Assembly: GCF_014697105.1 (NCBI RefSeq)
Contig: NZ_JACJRF010000012.1
Coordinates: forward strand, 98,930-130,929
Reading direction: 5' to 3'
Source: Anabaena subtropica FACHB-260
Lineage (GTDB): Bacteria; Cyanobacteriota; Cyanobacteriia; Cyanobacteriales; Nostocaceae
DNA length: 32,000 nt
A model generated the notes under the pieces. That model was not told the DNA's origin, made no database searches, and was given only the letters and a program-made list of their open reading frames with translations. Within the stretch, counting starts at the first letter, position 1. Every line of letters begins with the position of its first letter. The translations under genes and the position numbers were made by a program. Below, in pieces: positions 8,277-16,084 of the stretch.

Positions 8277-10706
8277 ATGCAACTTGTCCCAAAAACTCAG
8301 CTTGACCCAGAACCAACCCCCACATTAGAGAAAATTATTCTGGATGTCGGGGGGATGAAGTGTGCCGGGTGTGTAAAGGCAGTAGAGCGACAACTCACCC
8401 AAAATTCAGGTGTTAAGAGTGCCTGCGTGAATCTAGCTACAGAGGTGGCGGTGGTAGAGTCGGAAGTTGGCGCAGTAGACCCAGATATACTGGCACAACG
8501 ATTGACAGCAGCAGGTTTTCCCACTCAACCACGAAAAGCTAGAGATAAGCCTGGTGAATCAACACGAGAAGACCCAGCAGCAAGGCAGCACCAACAAATG
8601 CAGGAGGCATTCCGGCAGTTAATTATTGCTGGGGTGTTGCTATTCTTTTCAGGAATTGGGCATTTCGGCAATATTGGCGGCTCAATCTTCCCCCTCTTAA
8701 ATAACATCTGGTTTCACTTTGGACTAGCAACAATAGCTTTACTAATTCCTGGTCGCCCGATTTTGGTTGATGGGTGGCTTGGTTGGCGGCGTCATGCACC
8801 CAACATGAACACCTTAGTAGGATTGGGAACACTCACAGCCTATACGGCTAGTGTGGTGGCGCTACTATTTCCCCAAATGGGTTGGGAGTGCTTCTTTGAT
8901 GAACCAGTGATGATGTTGGGCTTTATTCTGTTAGGTCGGACATTAGAGCAACAAGCCAGAGGTAAGGCGGCGGCGGCATTTAGGCAATTGCTGGCACTGC
9001 AACCACAAGTAGCACGATTGATTGCTAATCCAGACCCAGAAAAGTTGGGCATGGGAGCAAATACTGTGGAAATCCCGGCTGAACAGGTAAAGGTGGGAGA
9101 ATGGTTGCAAGTGTTGCCAGGAGACAAAATCCCCGTTGATGGTGAGGTACGTTTTGGACAAACAACGGTGGATGAGTCGATGTTGACTGGGGAAGCTGTG
9201 CCGGTGATCAAGCAACCAGGAGACATTTTAACAGCAGGGACGATTAACCAATCAGGGGCGATCGCTCTCCAAGCCACCCGTACAGGTAATGATACTACCC
9301 TAGCTCACATCGTCGCCTTGGTAGAAGCAGCCCAAACTCGCAAAGCCCCAATCCAAAAATTAGCCGATACAGTCGCCGGTTACTTTACCTACGGCATATT
9401 AACGGCATCTGTATTAACATTCATCTTCTGGTACTTCTTCGGCACTAATATCTGGACTGATATCAATATATCTAGTGGTGGGATGGAAATGATGAACCAC
9501 GCCGCCCATACTACCAACAATTCCCCACTCCTAGTTAGTTTAAAACTAGCGATCGCTGTTATGGTCGTCGCTTGTCCCTGTGCCTTGGGACTAGCCACAC
9601 CCACAGCGATTATTGTCGGCACAGGTATAGGTGCAGAAAGGGGTTTATTAATCAAAGGTGGTGATGTTTTAGAAAAAGTACATCAACTAGACACTATAGT
9701 TTTTGATAAAACCGGCACTCTCACCACTGGTCATCCTGTTGTTACTGATTGTGTTGTATTTGATGAACTAGGAAAAAACAGAGGCGCAGAGGTGCAGAGG
9801 ACAGAGGAAAAAAATCTTACTCCCCACTCCCTCATACAACTAGCAGCCGCAGTAGAAAGCGGCACACACCACCCCTTAGCCAAGGCAATCCAGCAAGCAG
9901 CCCAAAAACAACAGTTATCGATTCCAGAAGCTACAGACTTCCACACTGAACCAGGAATGGGGGTTTCTGCGGTGGTAGATGGTCAAACTGTGCTATTGGG
10001 TAACTGGGATTGGTTAAAGTGGCATGGAATTAATTTGAGTGAAACGGCTCAACAGGAAGCGCAAAAGCTCGCCACTCAAGGTAAAACTGTCGTTGGTGTA
10101 GCAGTTGGGGAGACTTTAGCCGGATTGATTGGTGTGCAAGATACTACCAGACCGGATGCCCAAACTACGGTAGACAAATTGCGCCAGATGGGTTTGCGAG
10201 TAATGCTGTTGAGTGGCGATCGCCCAGAAGCTGCTCACGCCATAGCGCAAGAGCTAGGTATAAATAGTACTGATGTCATAGCTGGTGTTCCTCCCGCCAA
10301 AAAAGCCGCATTTATTCAAGAACTACAAGCAAAATCTGCCGCTAAAGTGGCAATGGTTGGCGATGGTATCAACGATGCTCCCGCTTTATCCCAAGCAGAT
10401 GTAGGCATTGCCTTACACTCAGGGACAGATGTAGCGATGGAAACAGCACAGATTGTCTTAATGCGCGATCGCATTAGCGACGTTGTGGAATCAATTCATC
10501 TGAGTCGCGCCACCTTCAACAAAATCCGCCAAAATCTATTTTGGGCTTTCGCATACAACACCGTTGGTATCCCTTTAGCAGCAGGTGTGTTGCTTCCCAA
10601 CTGGGGTTTTGTTCTCAGTCCTTCGGGTGCGGCTGCACTGATGGCATTTAGTTCAGTTAGTGTGGTGACGAACTCTCTGTTATTGCGTCGGTTAGCTCAT
10701 CGGTAG
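8277..10706 (+). CDS. Copper-translocating P1B-type ATPase (CtaA/CopA-like)
   Basis: 809-aa ORF. Motifs: N-terminal HMA domain GMKCAGC, TGE (MLTGEAVP), CPC in the TM helix (VACPCALGLATP), DKTGTLT phosphorylation site, HP (GTHHPLAKA) and GDGINDAP hinge. Confidence 0.92.
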   Translation: MQLVPKTQLDPEPTPTLEKIILDVGGMKCAGCVKAVERQLTQNSGVKSACVNLATEVAVVESEVGAVDPDILAQRLTAAGFPTQPRKARDKPGESTREDPAARQHQQMQEAFRQLIIAGVLLFFSGIGHFGNIGGSIFPLLNNIWFHFGLATIALLIPGRPILVDGWLGWRRHAPNMNTLVGLGTLTAYTASVVALLFPQMGWECFFDEPVMMLGFILLGRTLEQQARGKAAAAFRQLLALQPQVARLIANPDPEKLGMGANTVEIPAEQVKVGEWLQVLPGDKIPVDGEVRFGQTTVDESMLTGEAVPVIKQPGDILTAGTINQSGAIALQATRTGNDTTLAHIVALVEAAQTRKAPIQKLADTVAGYFTYGILTASVLTFIFWYFFGTNIWTDINISSGGMEMMNHAAHTTNNSPLLVSLKLAIAVMVVACPCALGLATPTAIIVGTGIGAERGLLIKGGDVLEKVHQLDTIVFDKTGTLTTGHPVVTDCVVFDELGKNRGAEVQRTEEKNLTPHSLIQLAAAVESGTHHPLAKAIQQAAQKQQLSIPEATDFHTEPGMGVSAVVDGQTVLLGNWDWLKWHGINLSETAQQEAQKLATQGKTVVGVAVGETLAGLIGVQDTTRPDAQTTVDKLRQMGLRVMLLSGDRPEAAHAIAQELGINSTDVIAGVPPAKKAAFIQELQAKSAAKVAMVGDGINDAPALSQADVGIALHSGTDVAMETAQIVLMRDRISDVVESIHLSRATFNKIRQNLFWAFAYNTVGIPLAAGVLLPNWGFVLSPSGAAALMAFSSVSVVTNSLLLRRLAHR

Positions 10707-10720
10707 CAAAATTAAGCACC

Positions 10721-10835
10721 CCTCTCCAAACCTCTCCCCGACGCGGGGAGAGGCTTCAAAGTGTAATTATTTAGTACTAATAAGTTACAAATTGTTAGCC
10801 CCTTCCCTACAAGGGAAGGGGTTGGGGTTAGGTTC
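10721..10835. repeat. Two GC-rich hairpins of a dispersed repeat family; the first may terminate the ATPase transcript
   Basis: Hairpin 1: CCTCTCCCCG-acg-CGGGGAGAGG at 10731-10753. Hairpin 2: CCCCTTCCC-tacaa-GGGAAGGGG at 10799-10821. A related copy lies at 23461-23545 (CCCCTTCCCTACAAGGGAAG..., ...TTCAGAGTGTA). Confidence 0.6.
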
Positions 10836-10905
10836 CGCACTCGACGTTACTCAATACGCTAAACTGAGGTACATAAGTATAATCTCGTATTATTATTCTT
10901 AACTT

Positions 10906-11367
10906 ATGGAACCAGTAACCTTGACTGCGGCGGCTGTTGCAACCCTAGTTTTTTCAGAAGCCTTGAAGGAAGGGGGAAAAGCTTTAGGTAAAGGCGTTTC
11001 AGAACAAATTGCTCAACTATTGAGTGCGATTCGGCAGAAATTCCAAGCGGCGGGAATGGAGGGATTACTGAAAAGAGCCGAAGAAAATCCTACAGAAAAG
11101 AATCAAAGCAAATTCCAGGATGAATTGGAAACTCAAATGGAGGAAGACACAGCTTTTGCTAATCGGCTGCAAGAACTGATGACGCAGCTAAAAGCTAATG
11201 AAACAATTAATCAAATAGTCCTCAAGGGAGTCAGTGTACAGGGTAAGGCGAAGGTAGGCGATATAGATTTGACAGCTACAAGAGAGGGTGCAGTGAATCA
11301 AGAAGCGGTAGTTGATTCTCAATTTGGTGATGATATTGACCTCGGTAATATCAACATGAAGGCTTAG
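10906..11367 (+). CDS. Small helical protein of unknown function, candidate effector/adaptor partner of the downstream NB-ARC NTPase
   Basis: 153-aa ORF. Its stop lies 4 nt before the next ATG, which suggests an operon. It has a hydrophobic N-terminal helix (EPVTLTAAAVATLVFSEAL), a charged helical middle and a G/V/D/Q-rich C-terminal ~50 aa with an internal pseudo-repeat (KVGDIDL / FGDDIDLG). Confidence 0.7.
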   Translation: MEPVTLTAAAVATLVFSEALKEGGKALGKGVSEQIAQLLSAIRQKFQAAGMEGLLKRAEENPTEKNQSKFQDELETQMEEDTAFANRLQELMTQLKANETINQIVLKGVSVQGKAKVGDIDLTATREGAVNQEAVVDSQFGDDIDLGNINMKA

Positions 11368-11371
11368 GATA

Positions 11372-13462
11372 ATGAGCGAAAATCGCGCTAATCCTGAGCA
11401 AATACGCCAGAATGCCTTTGAGAATGTTCAAGCCCGTGATATAAAAATTGGAGTCTTTAACCAGTCTATAAATCTGGGCAAAACTTCCAAAGCCATTGGT
11501 ATTCCGCAAAATTTACCCCTGAGTGGGGTGGTGAAATTTGTGGGACGTGATGAAGAACTGGAAGAACTCGACAAACTATTGCAGGAAAATAACCAAGTAG
11601 CCATTGCAGCTATTTTGGGAATGGGTGGACTGGGTAAAACAGAACTCGCCTTGCAATATGCCATGACTCAGCGCGAAAACTACCAAGGTGGACTGTGCTG
11701 GTTACAGGCGAAAGTTGAGGATTTTGGCGTTCAATTGGTGCGGTTTGCCAGAACTCAGCTTGATTTAAAGCCACCAGAAGAGTTTGATTTACCTACACAA
11801 GTACAATACTGCTGGCGGAATTGGCGTGAGGGTAATGTGCTGCTGGTGGTGGATGATGTTACAGATTACCAGCAAATCAAACCTTACCTACAGGGCGCAT
11901 CTTCCAGTTTTAAAGTGTTGATGACTACCCGCCAAAGGTTGGGTGTAGGCATCAAGCAATTATCTTTAGATGTATTACAACCAGATGCAGCGTTGGAGTT
12001 GTTACGGTCTTTGCTGGCAGAAACACCAGAGCGAATTGAGAGAGAATTAGATGTAGCCAATCAATTGTGCGAATGGCTGGGGTATTTGCCTTTGGGTTTA
12101 GAGTTGGTGGGGCGATATCTGGCGCGAAAACCGGATTTGTCCCTATCGAAAATGATGGGGCGATTAAAGGACAAGCGACTAGAACAACCTGCAACTGTCA
12201 ACCCAGAAGCAGATATGACAGCACAACGGGGAATAAAAGCCGCCTTTGAGTTGAGTTGGCAGGAATTAGCAGAGAATGATAAGTTATTAGGCTGTGTACT
12301 CAGTTTATTTGCAGCCGCACCCATACCCTGGAACTTAGTAGAACAGTGCTTACCAGAGAAAGATGAGGATGAGTTAGAGGAAATTCGGGATGATAAATTA
12401 TTGAATCTGCATTTACTCCAGCGCAAAGGTGAAGGAATCTATCAACTACATCCCTTACTGCGGGAATTTTTCCAATCTAAGTTTACAGGTTTAGAGCAAG
12501 CAGAGGAATTTAGGCGATCGCTTTCTCAGGTAATGGTAGCAGTAGCCCAAAAAATTCCTAAAAATCCCACCCTTGAAGAAATCAACGCTGTTTCCGTTAC
12601 CATACCTCATCTAGCTGAAGTAGCGAATCATCTCATTGAGTATATTAGCAACGATAATTTAGTTTGGCCGTTTGTTGGAAATGCTTTGTTTTATAATGCT
12701 CAAGGCTTGTATGCCCAAACTGCACATTGGTATGAAAAGTGTAGAGAAATCAGTAAACAGCGATTAGCAGAAGAAAACCGTAATTTTGCTTCCATTCTCA
12801 ACGACTTAGCATTAATCTACAAATTTCAAGCTAGATACGATGAAGTCGAAATTTTGTACTTAAAAAGTTTGAAACTCAGGCAGTACTTGTTTGGTGAGGA
12901 AAATACTCATGTGGCGCAAAGTCTCAACAACTTAGCTGAACTCTACCGTTGCCAAGGCAGATACGGCGAAGCAAAACCGCTTCATATAAGAGCTTTGGAA
13001 ATGAGACAACGCTTACTCGGAATTGAACATGAAGACGTTGCTACTAGCCTTAACAATCTAGCTTTACTCTATAGTTCACAAAAATTTTACAAAGATGCTG
13101 AATCACTTTTTCTAAAAGCTTTGAAAATTAGGCAACGCCTCCAGGGTCAAAAACATCCAGATGTTGCTACTGTCCTAAATAATTTGGCTGTACTCTACCA
13201 ATCACAAAAACATTATGTGAAAGCAGAAACTTATCATTTAGCAGCTTTGGAGATGAGGCAAGACCTTCTTCCACAAAACCATCCAGATGTGGCCAGTAGC
13301 TACAATAATTTAGCGTATCTCTATCTTTCTCAAAGCAGATACAAAGAAGCTGAACCCCTATATAAAAAGGCTTTAGATATTTGTGAACTAAGGTTTGGAA
13401 TTAATCATCCCCATACTGTTATGGTGCGTGAGAATTTAGCCAATTTACGCGATCATCTCTAA
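11372..13462 (+). CDS. NB-ARC (STAND) NTPase with C-terminal kinesin-light-chain-type TPR repeats; NLR-like
   Basis: 696-aa ORF. Motifs: Walker A GMGGLGKT (aa 83-90), Walker B LLVVDDV, RNBS-B-like MTTRQR and GLPL-like GYLPLGLELVG. About six TPR_10/12-type repeats follow (LNNLAELYRCQGRYGEAKPLHIRALEMRQRLLG...). Only ~55 aa precede the NTPase domain. Confidence 0.9.
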   Translation: MSENRANPEQIRQNAFENVQARDIKIGVFNQSINLGKTSKAIGIPQNLPLSGVVKFVGRDEELEELDKLLQENNQVAIAAILGMGGLGKTELALQYAMTQRENYQGGLCWLQAKVEDFGVQLVRFARTQLDLKPPEEFDLPTQVQYCWRNWREGNVLLVVDDVTDYQQIKPYLQGASSSFKVLMTTRQRLGVGIKQLSLDVLQPDAALELLRSLLAETPERIERELDVANQLCEWLGYLPLGLELVGRYLARKPDLSLSKMMGRLKDKRLEQPATVNPEADMTAQRGIKAAFELSWQELAENDKLLGCVLSLFAAAPIPWNLVEQCLPEKDEDELEEIRDDKLLNLHLLQRKGEGIYQLHPLLREFFQSKFTGLEQAEEFRRSLSQVMVAVAQKIPKNPTLEEINAVSVTIPHLAEVANHLIEYISNDNLVWPFVGNALFYNAQGLYAQTAHWYEKCREISKQRLAEENRNFASILNDLALIYKFQARYDEVEILYLKSLKLRQYLFGEENTHVAQSLNNLAELYRCQGRYGEAKPLHIRALEMRQRLLGIEHEDVATSLNNLALLYSSQKFYKDAESLFLKALKIRQRLQGQKHPDVATVLNNLAVLYQSQKHYVKAETYHLAALEMRQDLLPQNHPDVASSYNNLAYLYLSQSRYKEAEPLYKKALDICELRFGINHPHTVMVRENLANLRDHL

Positions 13463-13518
13463 TGAGAACACGAAAATTTACCTTCCCAACCTCATCACTC
13501 TAGCTTTTATCTCCAAGT

Positions 13519-13728
13519 TTCCTGTTTTGAACACAAAGTTTCATGTTCAGAACCCGAACTTTCGTGTTGCAAACGAGAAAGTTCCTGTTTCCAACTAAAG
13601 TATTCTTGTTTTCAGTGAGAACGTTCTTGTTCTAAACGAGAATATTTCTGTTTCAAACGAGAACCTTCCTGTTTCCAGTGAGAATGTTCCTGTTTCAAAC
13701 GAGAATCTTCTAGTTCTGAAGTGGAATG
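13519..13728. repeat. Ten perfectly phased 21-bp tandem repeats, consensus TTCCTGTTTCAAACGAGAAnn
   Basis: Hand-parsed units start at 13519, 13540, 13561, 13582, 13603, 13624, 13645, 13666, 13687 and 13708. A degenerate 11th unit lies at 13729. There are stops in every frame over the array. Confidence 0.9.
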
Positions 13729-13887
13729 ATGGTGTTATGAAGGTGTAGGGAGAGCATCATCAAGTAAATTCACCGGCGATATGTGGGGTATGATGGGTTT
13801 GTTTTGAGAGTGGCGATCGCTTTGATATGATGATCTTATGAGAATATGCTATGTCTCATTATTATTGAAGCTTGAGGTACTAAAAAC

Positions 13888-14130
13888 ATGGCAACACTTC
13901 AACTTAATATTGAGCAAGTTATATCATTGGTAAAGCAATTAGCAGTTACAGAACAGCGTATGATATTACAAGCCATCAAAGCAGAACAAGATGCTTGGTG
14001 GCAAAGTAGACTTGATGACGGAGAATTACAGATGCGCTCTTTGAGTGCGTCACGCGGGCTTAATTGGGATATTATGACCGAACAAGAGCGAGAAGACTTT
14101 ATAGATGATTTGATGCACGAATCTAAATGA
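13888..14130 (+). CDS. Putative antitoxin partner of the PIN toxin (unknown family)
   Basis: 80-aa acidic ORF. Its TGA overlaps the ATG of the next gene (ATGA overlap at 14127-14130), a typical toxin-antitoxin layout. Confidence 0.65.
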   Translation: MATLQLNIEQVISLVKQLAVTEQRMILQAIKAEQDAWWQSRLDDGELQMRSLSASRGLNWDIMTEQEREDFIDDLMHESK

Positions 14131-14534
14131 TCTCTTATATAGTTGTTTTTGATACAAATACGCTCTTTTCAGGGTTAGGCTGGCGAGGTAGTCCTTATAG
14201 TTGTTTAGAACTTGCAAGAAACGGACAGATTGAATCTGTAACTTGTCGAGAGATTTTATTGGAGTTACGGGAAAAGTTACAAACAAAGCAAAATCGCTCT
14301 CCAACAGATGCAGCTATTGATATTGAGCAAATTCTCACCTTTTCACGCTTGGTAGAAATTTCCAATAGTCTGCAAGTTGTAGTTGATGATCCAGATGACA
14401 ATATGGTGATTGAGTGTGCAATTGTGGGAAAAGCAACCCATATTATTACAGGTGATAAGCATCTATTATCATTTAACAAATATCAAGACATCCATATTCT
14501 CAAAGCAGGGGCCTTTTTGGAATTACTTACTTAA
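14127..14534 (+). CDS. PIN-domain toxin (PIN_3 / TIGR00305-type toxin-antitoxin toxin component)
   Basis: 135-aa ORF with the acidic residues in the expected contexts: VVFDTNTL, DDPDDNMVIECA and IITGDKHLL. Confidence 0.85.
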   Translation: MISYIVVFDTNTLFSGLGWRGSPYSCLELARNGQIESVTCREILLELREKLQTKQNRSPTDAAIDIEQILTFSRLVEISNSLQVVVDDPDDNMVIECAIVGKATHIITGDKHLLSFNKYQDIHILKAGAFLELLT

Positions 14535-14550
14535 TCGTCAACCACGCCGC

Positions 14551-14733
14551 TTAAAGTAGAGATTGACGGATATCTTCCGGCTCTAAATCAGGATATTCTT
14601 CTAAAATCTCCCCTATAGGTTTGCCATTAGCTACCAAATTTACGACAAGAGAAACCGGAATCCGCATCCCCCGAATGCAAGCTTGTCCACCCATAATGTT
14701 ACGGTTAAAGCTAATTCTGTCCAGACCTAACAT
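14551..14733 (-). CDS. DUF433 domain protein (short, antitoxin-like), with no partner gene
   Basis: 60-aa ORF with the DUF433 core GGQACIRGMRIPVSLVVNLVANGKPIGEILEEYPDLEPEDIRQSL. It ends 16 nt from the convergent PIN gene. Confidence 0.7.
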   Translation of the reverse strand: MLGLDRISFNRNIMGGQACIRGMRIPVSLVVNLVANGKPIGEILEEYPDLEPEDIRQSLL

Positions 14734-15012
14734 AAAATTTTCTCTCTCAAATCTCTTTTATTATGATGGGCGTGTTGTTTGTTTTGGAGCATTGACTACA
14801 AATCGCATCTATACCCCTGTTCAAAGTATAAATCTAAGTGCGCTGGCGTTCTGCCCACTGGAGGCGATGGGCTACGCCCCACCGTAGGCGATCGCTGATA
14901 AGTGTCATTGTGCAGAGTATAATTAGCTTGCTCCAACGAAGGCGATACCCACGGTAAGCTAGGCTAACGCTGGTGTGGAAAAAATCAGCTACGATAAATC
15001 AAAGCAACTTGG

Positions 15013-15486
15013 ATGAATCCAACTTCAACTGACTGTGGCAAAGATGTATCAATGACAGCAGAAACTCATGAAAGCCATTTATTAATTCTTGAAGACGATC
15101 AAGGTCGTAAAGAATTTTCGCTAGATAAACCTTTATATTCCATTGGCAGAGATAAAGAGTCTAATATTCGTCTAGTATCGCAATTTGTCTCCCGTCGCCA
15201 TGCTACATTAGTGCGACTGCCAAAAGATAATAATAATCACAGCTATTATTATCGAATTGTCGATGGTGATGGTAAAGGTAAAGCAAGTTCTAATGGTTTG
15301 ATGATTAATGGGCGCAAAATACCAGCCCACGATTTAAAAAATGAAGACGAGATAGTTTTTGGCCCTAAAGTACGTGCCATTTACTATCTGTTAAAAAATA
15401 CTCAACGCTCAGGGCAAACAGACGCTAGTGAATATGACATCACACTTATAAATCCTGGGATGACTGAGGATTTAGAAGAAATATAA
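15013..15486 (+). CDS. FHA domain-containing protein
   Basis: 157-aa ORF with FHA signature YSIGRDKESNIRLVSQFVSRRHATLVRL...SSNGLMINGRKI...DEIVFG. An alternative start at M14 is possible. Confidence 0.85.
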   Translation: MNPTSTDCGKDVSMTAETHESHLLILEDDQGRKEFSLDKPLYSIGRDKESNIRLVSQFVSRRHATLVRLPKDNNNHSYYYRIVDGDGKGKASSNGLMINGRKIPAHDLKNEDEIVFGPKVRAIYYLLKNTQRSGQTDASEYDITLINPGMTEDLEEI

Positions 15487-15589
15487 AAGTCAAAAGTCCG
15501 AGCGCCGGAAACCTTCTCTAAGATGGCGTTAGCCTAGCCGTAAGCTATTTTGAATTTGGAATTGTATAACCTTGCTATACATAGTGATT

Positions 15590-15946
15590 TTAGCCAGCAA
15601 GACTTTCGATAAGATGCCAATGACGACTATCTTCAATCGCCTGCTTAATAAATTCAAATGTTTGTCGGCAATGATTATCAAATTGGAGAGGCAATTCCTC
15701 ATTTTTAATGACAATACTCATCCGGCTTTCTGTTTCAGTAGCCTTTGATTTATCAATCAGTACTTCCACTTTCACCATCTTAGAAAAAGAAACATTACCA
15801 GGAATCTCCCGCGCCAAAATGTAATCAGGTGTATAGTATTGGATTTCTAAATCACAATCCTGTAACAGGTCTAGAAGTAACGGTTGGAGATAGTCGAGAC
15901 CAATAGAAATCAGAAATGAACAGGTATAGCGAGCCATTAGCCCCAT
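15590..15946 (-). CDS. Hypothetical protein (118 aa)
   Basis: The ORF has coding-like composition and lies upstream of, and on the same strand as, the rhomboid-fold gene. I recognise no motif. The start may be the second Met. Confidence 0.55.
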   Translation of the reverse strand: MGLMARYTCSFLISIGLDYLQPLLLDLLQDCDLEIQYYTPDYILAREIPGNVSFSKMVKVEVLIDKSKATETESRMSIVIKNEELPLQFDNHCRQTFEFIKQAIEDSRHWHLIESLAG

Positions 15947-16084
15947 GCCCCTTGAAACACTCCGTCCATCCTATAATATGGAGGTAGCTAAACGCCAAGT
16001 GGTTATAGATTACTTAAACAAAAATACTGTTTTCAGCTCCTGTACAGAGACAAAAAATAATCGTTCTCGTCAATCCGAGCTACC

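Noticed and set aside
8297-9946. Minus-strand ORFs inside the Cu-ATPase gene (8297..8524, 8525..8707, 8623..8832, 8840..9277, 8943..9215, 9389..9655, 9731..9946)
   Set aside because: They are antisense shadows of a motif-complete P-type ATPase, carry no recognisable motifs, and overlap one another in different frames.
11428-12426. ORFs antisense to or out of frame with the NB-ARC gene (11428..11664-, 11952..12194-, 12061..12426-, 12067..12249+)
   Set aside because: They lie inside a well-supported 696-aa CDS and their products have atypical composition (S/P/C-rich).
13519-13728. The 21-bp array as a CRISPR array or as a coding heptad repeat
   Set aside because: Units abut directly with no spacers, so it is not CRISPR. 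The plus frame hits stops in units 1 and 6. The best minus frame (HSRLKQE-type heptads) is interrupted by a stop in unit 5. No ORF of 60 aa or more covers it.
14551-14733. DUF433 ORF as half of a functional DUF433/DUF5615 toxin-antitoxin pair
   Set aside because: No DUF5615-like ORF lies on either side. It is kept only as an orphan or remnant gene.
14957-15539. 13-nt inverted repeat GCTAGGCTAACGC / GCGTTAGCCTAGC flanking the FHA gene, as a possible composite mobile unit
   Set aside because: The motif belongs to a short dispersed repeat family also seen near 4321-4341. There is no TSD and no transposase, and the match is too short to define element ends.
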